This document shows positions 1 to 12,279 of a stretch of DNA of 64,000 nt, piece by piece (the first letter of the stretch is position 1; every line of letters begins with the position of its first letter). Position numbers and translations under genes: made by a program. Under the pieces are notes generated by a model. The model did no database searches, was not told the origin of the DNA, and saw nothing but the letters and a program-made list of their open reading frames with translations. This DNA comes from Lytechinus pictus (Eukaryota): contig NC_087245.1 in NCBI RefSeq assembly GCF_037042905.1, positions 41,356,001-41,420,000 of the forward strand. The letters are read 5' to 3'.

Positions 1-59
1 AACATATGATTATAATACAAATTTAACCTACAAATTTTGGACTGAAGTAACAAAAAAAT

Positions 60-520
60 AAAAACAAGTGATTTGACTGTTTCGGAGGCTTCAAGTGTTT
101 CGGAGGCTTCAATTGTTAACGGAAAGTTAGTATCATCTCTTATTTTCAAACAGCAAGGAATATCTCTGCTATTTATTGACAGGTGAACTAGGTGTCCATA
201 TACTACATTGTGATGTATTGATTGGACAAGTTCCTTCGTTCATATTTATATGGGCAGTCTGTAAAGTTTGTTTCGGAGGCTTCAAAACAGTTAACGGAAA
301 ATTAACCTTGATCAGTTACATGTAGGCTTTGAAAAAATTGTAAAAAGAAGTGTGATCCAAGATATTTTGTTTTTATTTGGAAGTTTATACTTCAAATGTT
401 GCATAAAGGTCCTAGGGAGCAGAATTTTATTTTTTGAAAACCAATGCTCGGAATACAAAGTTTGTTAGCTATTGTTAACGGAAAATGAAGCCTCCGAAAC
501 AACAAATTGGACCACCCCGT
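60..520. repeat. Repeated-motif region, likely a transposon subterminal fragment
   Basis: TGTTTCGGAGGCTTCA at 78, 96, 269 and inverted at 486; GTTAACGGAAA three times. Confidence 0.5.
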
Positions 521-1269
521 TCTCAGAAATAAAGAAGCAGTCACACTAAAAACCTATCTGGTATTTTTCATTGAACATCTAACTTCACATTCTGCATAAC
601 AAAAGTAATCATCAACATTCCAGAAATAAGAAAGGGCATTCCAAAAAAAGTCTATGTATTTTATGTACACAAAAAAGGTGCAACTTAGGGTACTTATGTT
701 AGGGATCCCAAAACGAAAATCTAATTTTTGAAATCTATGTTTAAAAGCATTGAAAAGTACCTCACCTGAATCAGCAAATTCAAAAACCCCAAGTGAATGA
801 CTTTTAGTGTTCCAAAGAGATCTAAATATCTGTTAATCTGAGGCGAAATTAGGTCCGAATTGTGACAGATTTGTGTACAAATTTCTCTTTGAAATTTGGT
901 CGACACGTACGGCACAGAGCTCGGCACTGAACGAGGGATTGTGGGCGTGTCCTTTCTCGTCTCGGTCTATTATTACGCAAATACACAACTCGAACGAAAG
1001 TACGTTCACCGTATCAGTTAGTCTCGGATCCGAGCTTATACAAATAAACAATGATTAAATAACAAGAAAATAATAGAAAGAAGAGAAAAGGGAAAATGAA
1101 TGGCTCAAATGCAGTCGTTTGGTGACGGATAGTATGCTCTGACCTCTTGCTGATATAAGGTTTAGATATGACATAAGTTTTATGCCATGATAACTAAAGC
1201 ATGGGGGGGGCGAGGGCACTCTGACTTTCAAAATAATTAACTATTTAAACATCTATATCTAGGCAATTA

Positions 1270-1962
1270 AGGGAGGGTCCGGGATTTCCAAAGGGGGGGG
1301 GGGGGGGGGCACTATTAGCCATGTTAGCGGTGGCAGTCAAAAAATTTAGGGGGGCACCAAAATTTTTGACAAAAAAAGGTTATCAAAGGGGGGGGGGCCG
1401 AAAAAAAAATTTAGCCCCCCAAAAAGCTAACAACATCCCCCATAGGCAGCGGGGGGGGGGGTGTGCCCCCCTAAATTTGAGGTGGGGGACGATCGTCCCC
1501 CCCTAATTTTTTGTTGATAACCTTTTTTTTTGCTTGTCAATTTTTTTTTCCTGCGTGCATGCCCCCTAAATTCCAGTGGACCACCCTAAAAAATTCATGT
1601 GGTCTCCCCTAAAATTTGGGTTGATAAACTTTTTGGGGGGAGGGGGCTTGTCACAAAATTTTGGTGGTCCCCCTCCCTAAATTTTTGATTTCCGCTGCCA
1701 ATGGTCCCCACCTAAAATTTAGGGGGGACATGGCCTATGGAGGGCACATTTTCCCGATGCAAATTTGATGAGCATTACAAAATATTTTTTTACCAAAAAT
1801 TGAAAGTCATTTCGTCCATAAAAATTGACAAGCAAAAAAATATATAGGGCATATATATATATATCCTCACTTTCAAGGGGGCATGCTTGGGTAAAAAGGG
1901 CATGCTTATATTACAAATTACAATTTTGGCTCTCGATAATTATGCCCCTTGGATCCACCAGT
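1270..1962. mobile_element. Nested cluster of hAT-like MITEs
   Basis: Inner copy 1441-1703 (CATAGGCAGCGG...CCGCTGCCAATG) lies inside an opposite-orientation copy ~1320-1739, itself inside a GGATCC-ended element. Confidence 0.6.
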
Positions 1963-2837
1963 AATCTAAGGGGAATTTTTTGTTTTTAGTTTTGATATGG
2001 CTACCTTCTCGGAGGGCGTCCTCGCCGCGGTAGCTGGATAGTGCTGCAAAAGAGTAGGCCTTATACATCTTTTGCAGCATTAACTGACACTCCGAGACTT
2101 ATAATTTTACCTTATACTTAACAAATGAATAATAAAAAATAAAACATAAACACTTGTTTTTAGAGTAAGTTGATGCAAAATATATTCAGTCTGGGGCATG
2201 AAGACTTGGAACTCTGCCCCATATCATTGTGCTTGCCTCGCTCGATTTGTATCATTAAAAAAAAAAAAAATGTTTCCACATTAAAATTTTGATCTAAGTA
2301 CAATGGCCAGAAATAATAGTACGAATAAGCTAGCAGAATTTGTATCATATTACCCATATTATTGAACGCCAACGAAGGCAGTTTCTAAATCCTGTTTGCT
2401 TTATTCCACTTTTCCACTAAGATTCATCCCTTTTGCGTGTCATATGAAAGCAGTTTTGTGCGCAGATCTAGCGTACCGGTAGGACCACATGCAGTCATTA
2501 ATAGGTCTCTTTAATTTTTTTTCCAACAATTGATGTCTCATGCTTTCTTTAAAATTAATAAATTAGAATCCTTGTATATGGCCCTGGGAAGTGGGGTGCT
2601 CGGGTTGTGACCCCCAAGTTTTTTTGTTTTTTTTTAGCTGGTGGTGCGTTTTTTGTACACGTATATAGTTTAAAACAGGAAGAAGAATGACATTGATTTT
2701 TGTACCGCATTATTTTCATTAATAATTTTATTGGTAGAAATAAGGTAGAAATAAAATTAAAAAAACATTTTTCAAAACTATTCCGCGGCTCCTGGAAGAA
2801 TGGAGAGATGGACGGAAGGAGAGAAATAAATAGGATG

Positions 2838-4200
2838 AAGGGGTGGATCCAGCTTTCGCCAAAGGGGGGGGGGCAATTTTTTTTTCACCATTATTTTTCC
2901 CCAATCGGCCGCGCGAATATGATTTATATTTGTTTCTATGAAGAAATTGTCACTTCTTAGCTTTTGTCTTATAAATCAACATAAATATATGATATCATAA
3001 CCCTTTTTATATAATGCGAGCTAATTTATTAAAAAAATTATGTTTTTCCCCAAAGTTTGAAATTTCTGGGCAATGTTTATCATGAAAAAGATGTGTATGC
3101 AACTAAATAATTACTAAGAACGCGAAGTGCGAACAGAATTGAAATCATAGGCACTTTTTGTAACTTAAACAGGATAGGTATATAACTTAGCAATATTGAT
3201 GCGAAGCGCGGGCACAAAATTGGAAGATTTAGACCTAAAAACGAGACATGTCTAGTCATGTCTTTTAAATCATCATGGAAAAGGATGTCAAATTGCCGAT
3301 CTTTGTTACTTTAATAATACTCGCGCAAAGCGCGAGCATAATATTTTTGTATACGTTTTGAACTGATCAAAAAGGTACCTGTTAAGGACTGCTTATTTCA
3401 CTTAGCCATGGAGACGTTACATATTTCAACAATAAAATAATGCAAGCGCGAGCCGATTTTTTTTTTACACTTCTACATAAAGAATGGAAAATTTTAATCG
3501 ATTATTGTGACCATGAACAGGATCGTCGCTATAAAACAATTAATGCGAGCGCGAAGCGCGAGCGGGAAAACAAATCGAGATTTAGACCTAAAAAATGGGA
3601 CAATCTATTCATGTTTTGTATAATAAGGATGAGTAATAGGGGTTCTTCCTACATAAAAAATGCGAGCACAAAGCGCTAGCAGAATTTTGTTTTTCAGAAA
3701 CTGGATAATGATTGAAATACTAACAAGTTGAGTATCTAGATAGACATGCGCTCGCGTGTTTCCGATTTAGGCCTACAATCTAGGCATTCTGAATATATAT
3801 TTTAACATGAAATTGAAAATCAAAGCGAGCGCGAAGCGCGACCTTAAAATATTTGACATTCTGATCTGAAAAAGGGGTCAATTTCAGCTCAAGTACTTTG
3901 TGAGGTGGATTTGGATCGCACTTAATAAAGAGCTGATAGATTTGACAAAGGACCGGGACATGAAAGTGATGAATATCTTCCTATTCCTCTTGCTAAGCGC
4001 GAGATGAAACAGAAAGGACAATTTAACCATGAAAATTAATATCTGATCTATAAATGCCTAATGAGACGCGAAATCTGATGATAACATGGTATGAAAACTG
4101 GAAATTTCAAGCACTTTTGTAATTATGAATATGATGTATCAGGTAATATTTTTAACCGTTTATGCGAGCGCAAGTCGCGAGCCAAAATTTTTATAAGGCC
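2838..4200 (+). mobile_element. Truncated hAT-like element of the GCGAGCGCGAAGCGCGAGC-repeat family
   Basis: End GGGGTGGATCCAGCTTTCGCCAA; repeated GCGAGCGCGAAGCGCG motif; reverse-complement similarity to 13140-14506. Confidence 0.75.
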
Positions 4201-4692
4201 AAGTCACAAGGATTACCCTCCTTTTAACTGCCATTATCAATATGTTACTACATTATAAATCATGTATTTACTCTACATATGCATTAAATTCTGTGACTCC
4301 CATAATCTTGAACCATTAATGCTTCTTTCTTTGACCCATGCTATTTCTGCCCATTTATCTCTTGAGTGTTTTTTTTTCTCTCTCTCAAGGTGTGTATGGC
4401 ACATTGAGGAGTATAGAATCATGTTGGAGATATTGAAAGGGGTAGAATAATTGAATGAAATTTATGGGGGGGGGGGGGCAAAGATGTTGAGACAGAAAGG
4501 GGGTTTGAGAGAAAAGAGGGGAATTAACTATAAAGGAACAGCAGTCAGGAGAGGGAAAGAGAGAGAGAGGGGGGGGGAGGAAATCGAAGGAAGATATGCA
4601 TACGATAAAAGAGTCCTCGTAGAAAGAGTGAGAGAGAGAGGGGGGGATATGGAACTGAGAGATCATAATGAGATAAGAAAGAAGTAGTAGTG

Positions 4693-6380
4693 CATGGGCG
4701 GATCTATCGCCAATAGGGGGGGGGGGGTGCCAATTCGTCTACGGCCAACTTGTCCACTCACTACATGGTCTACTTTCATTTAGTCTTATGCCAATCTGTC
4801 CATCAACATTTCGTCTAACAGCCACTGGTCCATTGACCATTTGGTCCAATCATCACTTTGTCTAATAACCATCTCGTCTATGACCATTTAGTCTCATAAC
4901 CGGTTGGTCTAATACCCATTTTATTTTCATTCATTCACAATAATACACTTATAGTCCAATTAGATGAAATGGTATATCAACCAAATGGCTTTTGGGTCCA
5001 CTGGTCATTAGACGGAATGGCATTAGACTAAATGAAGAAGAAAAAAGACTATGTGGTGAGTTGACGAACTGATGGACCAAACGATAGTAGACGAGTTGGC
5101 AATTAGACAAATTGGAAATAAACCGGGGAAGGGGCCGAAAAATATTTGCACCCGTATTTTCCACAATCAGCCGCTCAAAGTTAATAGGGGTAGTCCTAAC
5201 AGTCACTTCTTTATTCTCATTAAACAGCATACACAAAATACAATATACAATAATATCATAGCCCCTATAGTGCAAGTGCGAAGCGCGAGCTAAAATATTT
5301 TTGAAATTTCATGTTTTTTATCCTCAAAATTGAACATTCTGGTCAATGTTTGTGAACTTGAACAAGATGCGTATTTTACTAAAATTGCTGCGAGCGCGAA
5401 GGAGCAAAAAAAAAGTAAGTAAGAAAAGAGAGAAATATACGTTCTGGCCTGATCGAAAAGGGACTTGCTAATGGCGGTTTACAGTTAGCCAAGAAGACGA
5501 TGCATATTTCAATCAAAATAATGCGAGCGCAAAGCTCGAGCTAAAATGTTTGAAATTCTGACCATAAAAATGGACATTCCAAGCACTTTGTGTATGAACA
5601 GAACACAGTGGGAGCACGAAGCGTGAGCGGATAACAATTGAGATATATAGACCTAAAAGGAACGCTATTTTATATTTATGTTTTCTAAATCGTGAAAAGG
5701 GTGGGTAATTGGTTACCGTCTTACATTATTTTATAATGCAAGAGCGAGAAGAATTTTTTTTATATTCTAATCTGAAGCGAGATAATTTAAGCATGCTGTT
5801 TTCAATAAAGGATAAGCAGCCCGTCTCAATAAACATGCGTGTTCTAGAATTTGTGCATTCTTAATACACTTTTTACCACGGAAATCAATAATGCGAGCGC
5901 GAAGCGCGAACTGATAATATTGGATATTCCGATGTGAAAAGGTCAAATTAAGCACAATATAGGTGGTTTGAATAAAAATGAATAAAACGGCTATTTCGAC
6001 TCTCCGTACGGCCGCCGCAGAGCAAATGTGACCGAGGTATAAATCAAAAAGAATAATGAAAGTTCAATGTCCTAGCTGACCGTACAGTATTTGTTTTGTA
6101 TTTTGACTGCAAAGCTTAAATGTCAAGCTCATATATATCAGCCTATTGAGCAATATGTACTCATCGAAAATAAGCAATGCGAGTGCGAAGCGCGAGCGAA
6201 AATTTCAATTTTGCATGTTCTTTTAAATCATCAAAGTCTCCCCTCCCTAATTTTATTCACTTTTCTCCCTCCCTTTCCCCCTCTCTTTTCCTTCTGTTTC
6301 TTCTTCCTTTCTCCATTTTTTGGTCTTTAATCCGCCAACAGGGAAGGGGGGATGACCCCCCCCCCCTGGATCCTTCTATG
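4693..6380 (+). mobile_element. hAT-like element of the same family with a nested MITE
   Basis: Ends CATGGGCGGATC / GGATCCTTCTATG; flanks GTAGTG / GTAGCG. Confidence 0.7.
4727..5123. mobile_element. MITE with short GTCTA/TAGAC repeats in inverted arms
   Basis: Left arm CCAATTCGTCTAC...GGTCTA repeats; right arm TAGAC/GGACC repeats ending AGACAAATTGG. Confidence 0.65.
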
Positions 6381-7184
6381 GTAGCGATGGGGAAAGCATT
6401 TGAATTATTCACCTCACAGTGTTAAACGGGGAAAATAGGAAATGGCTAAATTTTGAAAATCATTAATGTGGAGCCCTATTCAAGTTTAGTTTCATCTATA
6501 TACACCTTGACAGGGGCTGATCCAGGATTTTCCAAAGTGGGGGCATTCAAGACCTAGTATGCTAAGAAAAAATCATTCCATACACAAAATTCCTGGGAAA
6601 AGTTGAAAAATAAGTCCTCACTTGAGAATGAACGACAAAATCAACAAATATTTGATATATTACGGGAGGGGGCACCTTTATTTTTCTCCCCTTTCCTTAT
6701 TCCTCATCCATTCCATAGGCAGATCCAGGTGCCGGACCCAATTATGGGCGGCGGCAACCCCTCCTACTGGCGGTGCGAAAATTAAAAAGGTAAAAATTGT
6801 AGCCCCCCCCCCCCATTAGCAAAATTTTGATCTACACCGGGTATTTGTCTGTCGTACCTCCCAGTAAATGAAATAACAAAAAAAAAAAATCACCGTTGCA
6901 CTAGTATTAAAATTTTTGCGAGTCTTTATTTTTCAAATATTTTTGTTTATAATGGTATTCATTAATTATAATTATAGTGGAGGTTCGCATCCCGAGAATG
7001 TGAAATGAAAAAAAGAAAACAAAAATTGCACTGAACAGGAAACACTAAACGTCCTTGTCAATTCCAATTTACTCAAAGTCATTCAAATAAAAAAAATAAG
7101 CATCATTTTTTGATACCTTAACTTGTTCATCACGAATACAATGAAGCCGACAATTATTTGCTTTGTTTTGGATTAATCTTTATA

Positions 7185-7895
7185 ATAATTCACTTCAAAT
7201 AAAATTTATACATAAACAGGAAAATATCACAGAAAAAAAAATTAATTGCAGTTGTATAAAACATCATAGAAAATAACATGACAGATAAATTTTATCTCGA
7301 CAGGCACACTGTTCATTCGATCATAAAACAATCGCGCTGTTTCACTCCTTGTACACGCACATCTCTACCAGTGTTGTTTCATCTTCATCTGCCTCAATGG
7401 CAAGGACACCAGCATGATTCATTCACTTCAAATAAAATTCATACATACATATACAGGAAATATCAAAGAAAATAATATAACAAATCAATTGCAGTTGCAT
7501 AAAACACGATAGAAAATAACATGGCAGATGAATTTTATCTCGACAGGCACACTGTTCATTCGATCATAAAACAATCGCGCTGTTTCACTCCTTGTACACG
7601 CACAACTCTATCAGTGTTGTTTCATCTTCATCTGTCCTCAATGGCAAGGACACCAGCATAATTAATTCACTTCAAATAAAATTCATACATACATATACAG
7701 GAAATATCAAAGAAAATAATATAACAAATCAATTGCAGTTGCATAAAACACGATAGAAAATAACATGGCAGATGAATTTTATCTCGACAGGCACACTGTT
7801 TCATTCGATCATGAAACGATCGCGCTGTTTCACTCATTGTACACGCGCAACTCTATCTGAATTGTTTCATCTGTCCTCAATGCGGCAAACACCAG
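7185..7895. repeat. Tandem repeat, ~3 copies of a 243-244-bp unit
   Basis: ATG(A/G)CAGAT(A/G)AATTTTATCTCGACAGG anchors at 7278, 7521 and 7765. Confidence 0.95.
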
Positions 7896-9349
7896 CAGTG
7901 CAGTGACGATAATAAGTTGCAGTTGCACGTGCGCGGAGAATGAATTAAATTCGGCGGCTGAGTAAAGTCTAGCGAGAAAGGTACGTCACCAGCGAACTTC
8001 ACGATAGACCACGCCTACTTGCCGAGGTAACCAACGTTGATTGACGGCCCATTTTGTTTTTTGAGTAGTATGAAAAAGTGCAAGCATGTATAAACTTCAT
8101 TTTAGTTTGAATTCATTAAAAAAACACATTTTTCTTCTAATATAGATGTTTCAAACATATTCCATGTGGAAAACATAATTTTTAAAACATTTATTGCTAT
8201 ATTTTTATCATGAAAAAAGGATTTCTTACGCAACAACAAGTATGATATTTGTGGGCAAGAGAACTACCGTTTTAGTCATAAAGCATATTTTTTATGATTT
8301 TATTGTGAGCCTACTCAAAGGATTTTTGTTTATTTTTATGAATTTCCAGACCAAGTTCAACAGCGCCGTCTCGAGCTTGCAATAACGCATGCGATCGCAC
8401 GCATTTTTCTCCATAGCGAATACACGCGACGAAACTCTGTGGATTTCTCGTGGATTTAACCTCCAAACGTCACTTTCGATACCACATGAAGGTAAGACAC
8501 TTCATCCCACATAAGTTAATTTAAATGTAGAATACACAGGGCCTAATTTTTTTCACTAAGATGAACTAATTTGCTGAGGAAAAGCATTTCAATGCTCATT
8601 TTTGCCGTCGAGAACAGACGATGGTGGCAATGCACACTGTTTACGCACTTGCAATTGGCTTTTCATTTGCCCATAGCAATTTTGCTCAGTGGATCGGCCG
8701 ACCTTTTGGTAACTCTACTTATGTGCCTGCCAAAATTAAACGAAGTAATGAGTGAAGATGTCTATGCTACCCGAGGTAGCACTCATTGAGGTTACTCATA
8801 TGCCAAAGCATCTTTAAATTATGTGGCTTTATGAGACTGCTACAGATAAAAACATTGAAATTTCAGAGTTACACCATATATTGTGAAAATGACCATATAT
8901 TTCTACAATTAAAAATATTTTGTGATATGAATTTAATATTTGACGTAAAAATCGCTATTTAACAAAATATTTATTAAAAATAAAAAATCAAACAAAATAA
9001 AAACGCCTTGGACACAGTGCAAAAAACCTAACAATTTGGCCGCGTTCTTAACAACTATCGTAAGGGGCGCTCTATTTATAAATAAAGTTGCATATGTAGT
9101 TGTCTACCGCGACAGGAACAGCCGCAGAATTGAAGCCAGAAGCGTGGGAAATTGCCAGAAAATTCAAGAAAAGAACCGGTGAGTACCGATTTAACAGTAC
9201 TAATTTATTAAGTAACATTTATTGAATCATTACAAGATTTATTTTTTAGTAAAACAAAGCTTAGTTCTAAGCTAGGGCGGCCCAAATGCGCGTGAGTGGA
9301 GTCCCAGTTTATTAGCACGGGTAAGTATTGGGGTGTCGCCTAGAGTGCT

Positions 9350-10090
9350 TGTAACATACCTTGTTGTGGGCGTAAAGTTTTACCTAAAAAACTTGTTTGC
9401 CCCTCTCCTCCTTCCAATTTCTTGATTTCATGAAGTCATTACCGGTATAGTGGAAGATAAACTGGTACAGGTTATATGGCGATGTGTGGTTTCAGCAGGT
9501 AACGTTATTAATGGGAACATGGGCAAGTAAAGGATGGGTTAGGGTTAAACTTTTCCTTTTTGAGGTCCCAAGATTTCTCTAAGTTTGATTTGAAAGAGTT
9601 TATGGAAGTACTCTTCACAACTTGATTTGGCAGGTTATTCCACTCAGATACTACTCAGTGTGAGAAAGAATTTTGTCTTTTTCGAGTATTTGCTATGGGT
9701 TTCTCAATCTTGTCCGCTCTAGTTCTGGAGTCTTCATTGAATTTGAAGAATTTAGAAGTCTCTAGATCGTCAGTCCCTTGAGTTATTCGGAATACTTGGA
9801 CAAGATCTGCTCTGTGACGTCGGTAAGATAATGAAGGTAACTTCAATTGGGCCAATCTTTCCGGGTAGCTCTTGACCTGTAAATTTGGAACTGCTTTTGT
9901 AGCTCTTCGTTGAACTCTATCGAGTTTCTCCTGATCCTTCTTCAAGTATGGATGCCAAATCTGTGAACAATACTCCAAAGCAGGTCGAACTATGGACTTA
10001 TAAAGTAGTTTGAAGCTCTTAGGTTCAAGGAATGAGAAAGATCTCTTGATGATCCCCATCTTCTTATTTCCTGCTTTTGCTAACTTAAGA
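9350..10090 (-). mobile_element. 5'-truncated CR1-clade LINE (ORF2 C-terminus plus 3'UTR) in FAF2 intron 1
   Basis: KKMGIIKRSF...LYKSIVRPALEYCSQIWHPYLKKDQEKLDRVQRRATK...FSH*VVSEWNNLPNQVVKSTSINSFKSNL; in-frame stop. Confidence 0.85.
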
Positions 10091-10530
10091 CAAGTAAACA
10101 AAATCTTTGTTTAAATAATAATATATATTATAAAAATGATGTGATTGTGATATACATGTATCATGAAATTGTATACAAATTGATGTAAATGCAAGCTAAC
10201 AAATTTTATTTGTTTATCATACATTTCAGAAATATCCCGCATACAGCGCATCATAAAACTAAAGATGGGCGACACGAAAGACGGTCCTTCGCTTGGAAAG
10301 ACCCTTTCGTGCAATTAATCGGCCCCAGACTCACTCACACTATACTATTAGTTACTAAGAGTAAGACTCGGAATCGGATTTGTCCCCGGGCTTTGTCCCA
10401 CCGTGGCTTGCGCTTGCCGCCATATTAGCAATATTTGCCGTACCACAAAATGGAGAACTACTTTGAGTTAATTATACGGCATGCCAATTATACAATTAAA
10501 TTAAAAAATCGTCAAAGATATAAGATTTAC

Positions 10531-10596
10531 CTGGAATTGCAATAATTTTTCAGTTTGCTCAGTGTTGAGCGTTGGCTCTTCCTCGGCCTCCGCCAT
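10531..10596 (-). CDS. FAF2: FAS-associated factor 2 (UBXD8) first coding exon; downstream exons not found in window
   Basis: Reverse strand reads MAEAEEEPTLNTEQTEKLLQFQ then CAG|GTAAAT donor (phase 0). Matches the recalled human FAF2 N-terminus MAAPEERDLTQEQTEKLLQFQ. Too short for the ORF track. Confidence 0.85.
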
Positions 10597-10901
10597 ATTC
10601 CCGAAATAATGTATGGAAAGCTAGTAAACATGTAGGAGTGTTCCATAGATAGGGATTGTTTCACTTTGTGAGAAGCTGATTTAAAAAAAATTCTCAAACT
10701 AAGATGAAATATGTTTTTTTGATTTCATGTATTTGCTCTAGGAAACCCTAAAAATCATCTTTATTTGGGATGGAAAGCTGTTAGTAGGTGGCAAATGTGA
10801 TTAGATTGTAAAGTGTCTTCTCGACGCTTAGAATGTGCTACAATAGGCCTACTAAATCTATAGTAGTTAAAATAACTTCTCTATAATTATTTGGCCCCAT
10901 G

Positions 10902-11951
10902 CAGGCGCGGATCCAGGAGGGGGCCGAGCCGGCCCCGGCCCCCCCCCCCTATTTTTTGTCAACCTGCAGAAAAAAGTGTACTCTTTAACTTGATAGAAAC
11001 TACGAAAAACAGAAAGAAAAGAAAGAAAGAGGTATTATACCCATGATGTGTAATTTACAGCCTCGTAACGGCCGACCCGACCCCGAAAGGAAATAAGAAA
11101 AAGGTGAGGGGAAGAATTGGAAAATAGACTTCATATAATAATTTTTGCTCGCGTTTCGCGCTCGCATTGCCTGTGTAATGAATCCCATTCAAGAGGATTA
11201 AATGACACTTAATATAACCAGTTCTGAAATCAATTTGCACACAATATTTTAGCTCGCACATCAAGCTTTCATTATTATGTTTATTTACACAAATTGTTAA
11301 TGTATATCAAAATTTTCAGCTCGCGCTGCGCGCTCGCATTGTTTGATTTGTGAAATACCTATCCTCTTTGAAAATTTTTACCAAAATTTGTCAAAATGCT
11401 CCTTTATCATGTCAGTATATCAAAAAATTAAGCTCGTGCTTCGCGCTCGGATTTAATTGTTTGAGACACACAGCCTGTTCTTTATTTAAATTTTCAGGTC
11501 GGAATATCAAAAATTTTGAGCTTGCGCTTCGCACTCTCATTATTAAATTGGTGATACTTGTATCCTCTTCATTAATCACTAAAGATCACTAATCACTAAT
11601 TGAGTCCCTTTTCGAGTTACTATAATAAAATTTCGGCTCGCGCTTCGCGCTCGCATTGTTTAGTTGTTCATGAATATAAAAACTGCTCAGAATCTTCAGT
11701 TCTAAGGACATAAAATACAACCAAAAAAAATCGCTCGCGCTTCGCGCTCGCATTATATATCAATACCACATGAGATACCTTAACTTGTTTATAACAATAA
11801 AAACTAACATATACTAAAAACTTCAGTCTTTAGTTAGGACTACCCCCTGAAAAACCAACAAAAAATCAGATTATAGCGGCCAATCGAGAAAAATGTTGAT
11901 GAAAATATTTTTCGCCCCCCCCCCTATTGGAGAAAGCTGGATCCGCCCCTG
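10902..11951 (-). mobile_element. hAT-like element with 5-bp flanking duplication
   Basis: TIRs CAGGCGCGGATCCAG / CTGGATCCGCCCCTG; CCATG on both flanks; GCTCGCGCTTCGCGCTCGC repeats. Confidence 0.8.
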
Positions 11952-12279
11952 CCATGTGTGCCACATTAATAGTATAGTACTAATATAGTATACCCATGGC
12001 ATACCTATAGGCCTATAGTATACTTTATATCCTACATAAATTAAAACATGTATGCTGATTGGTTTAAATAGCATCATGTGAGTTCACACTATTTTGTGAT
12101 GATGTTGAAAATGAAACGCCCACTGAAGAAAAATTGCTATTCCGTGACGTCAATGATGGAATAGTGCCCCAGGGAATAGTGCACTATTCCATCATTGACG
12201 TCACAGATCTTGGCGCAAGTTACGAGAGTGATTGAAGTACCTACATAACTGTATTCCATAAAGTTCTTAAAATACCCCT

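Noticed and set aside
763..826. Possible FAF2 exon 2 (AG...CAG|GTGAG on the minus strand)
   Set aside because: The translations I checked do not resemble the expected FAF2 UBA-like sequence; it looks like transposon subterminal sequence.
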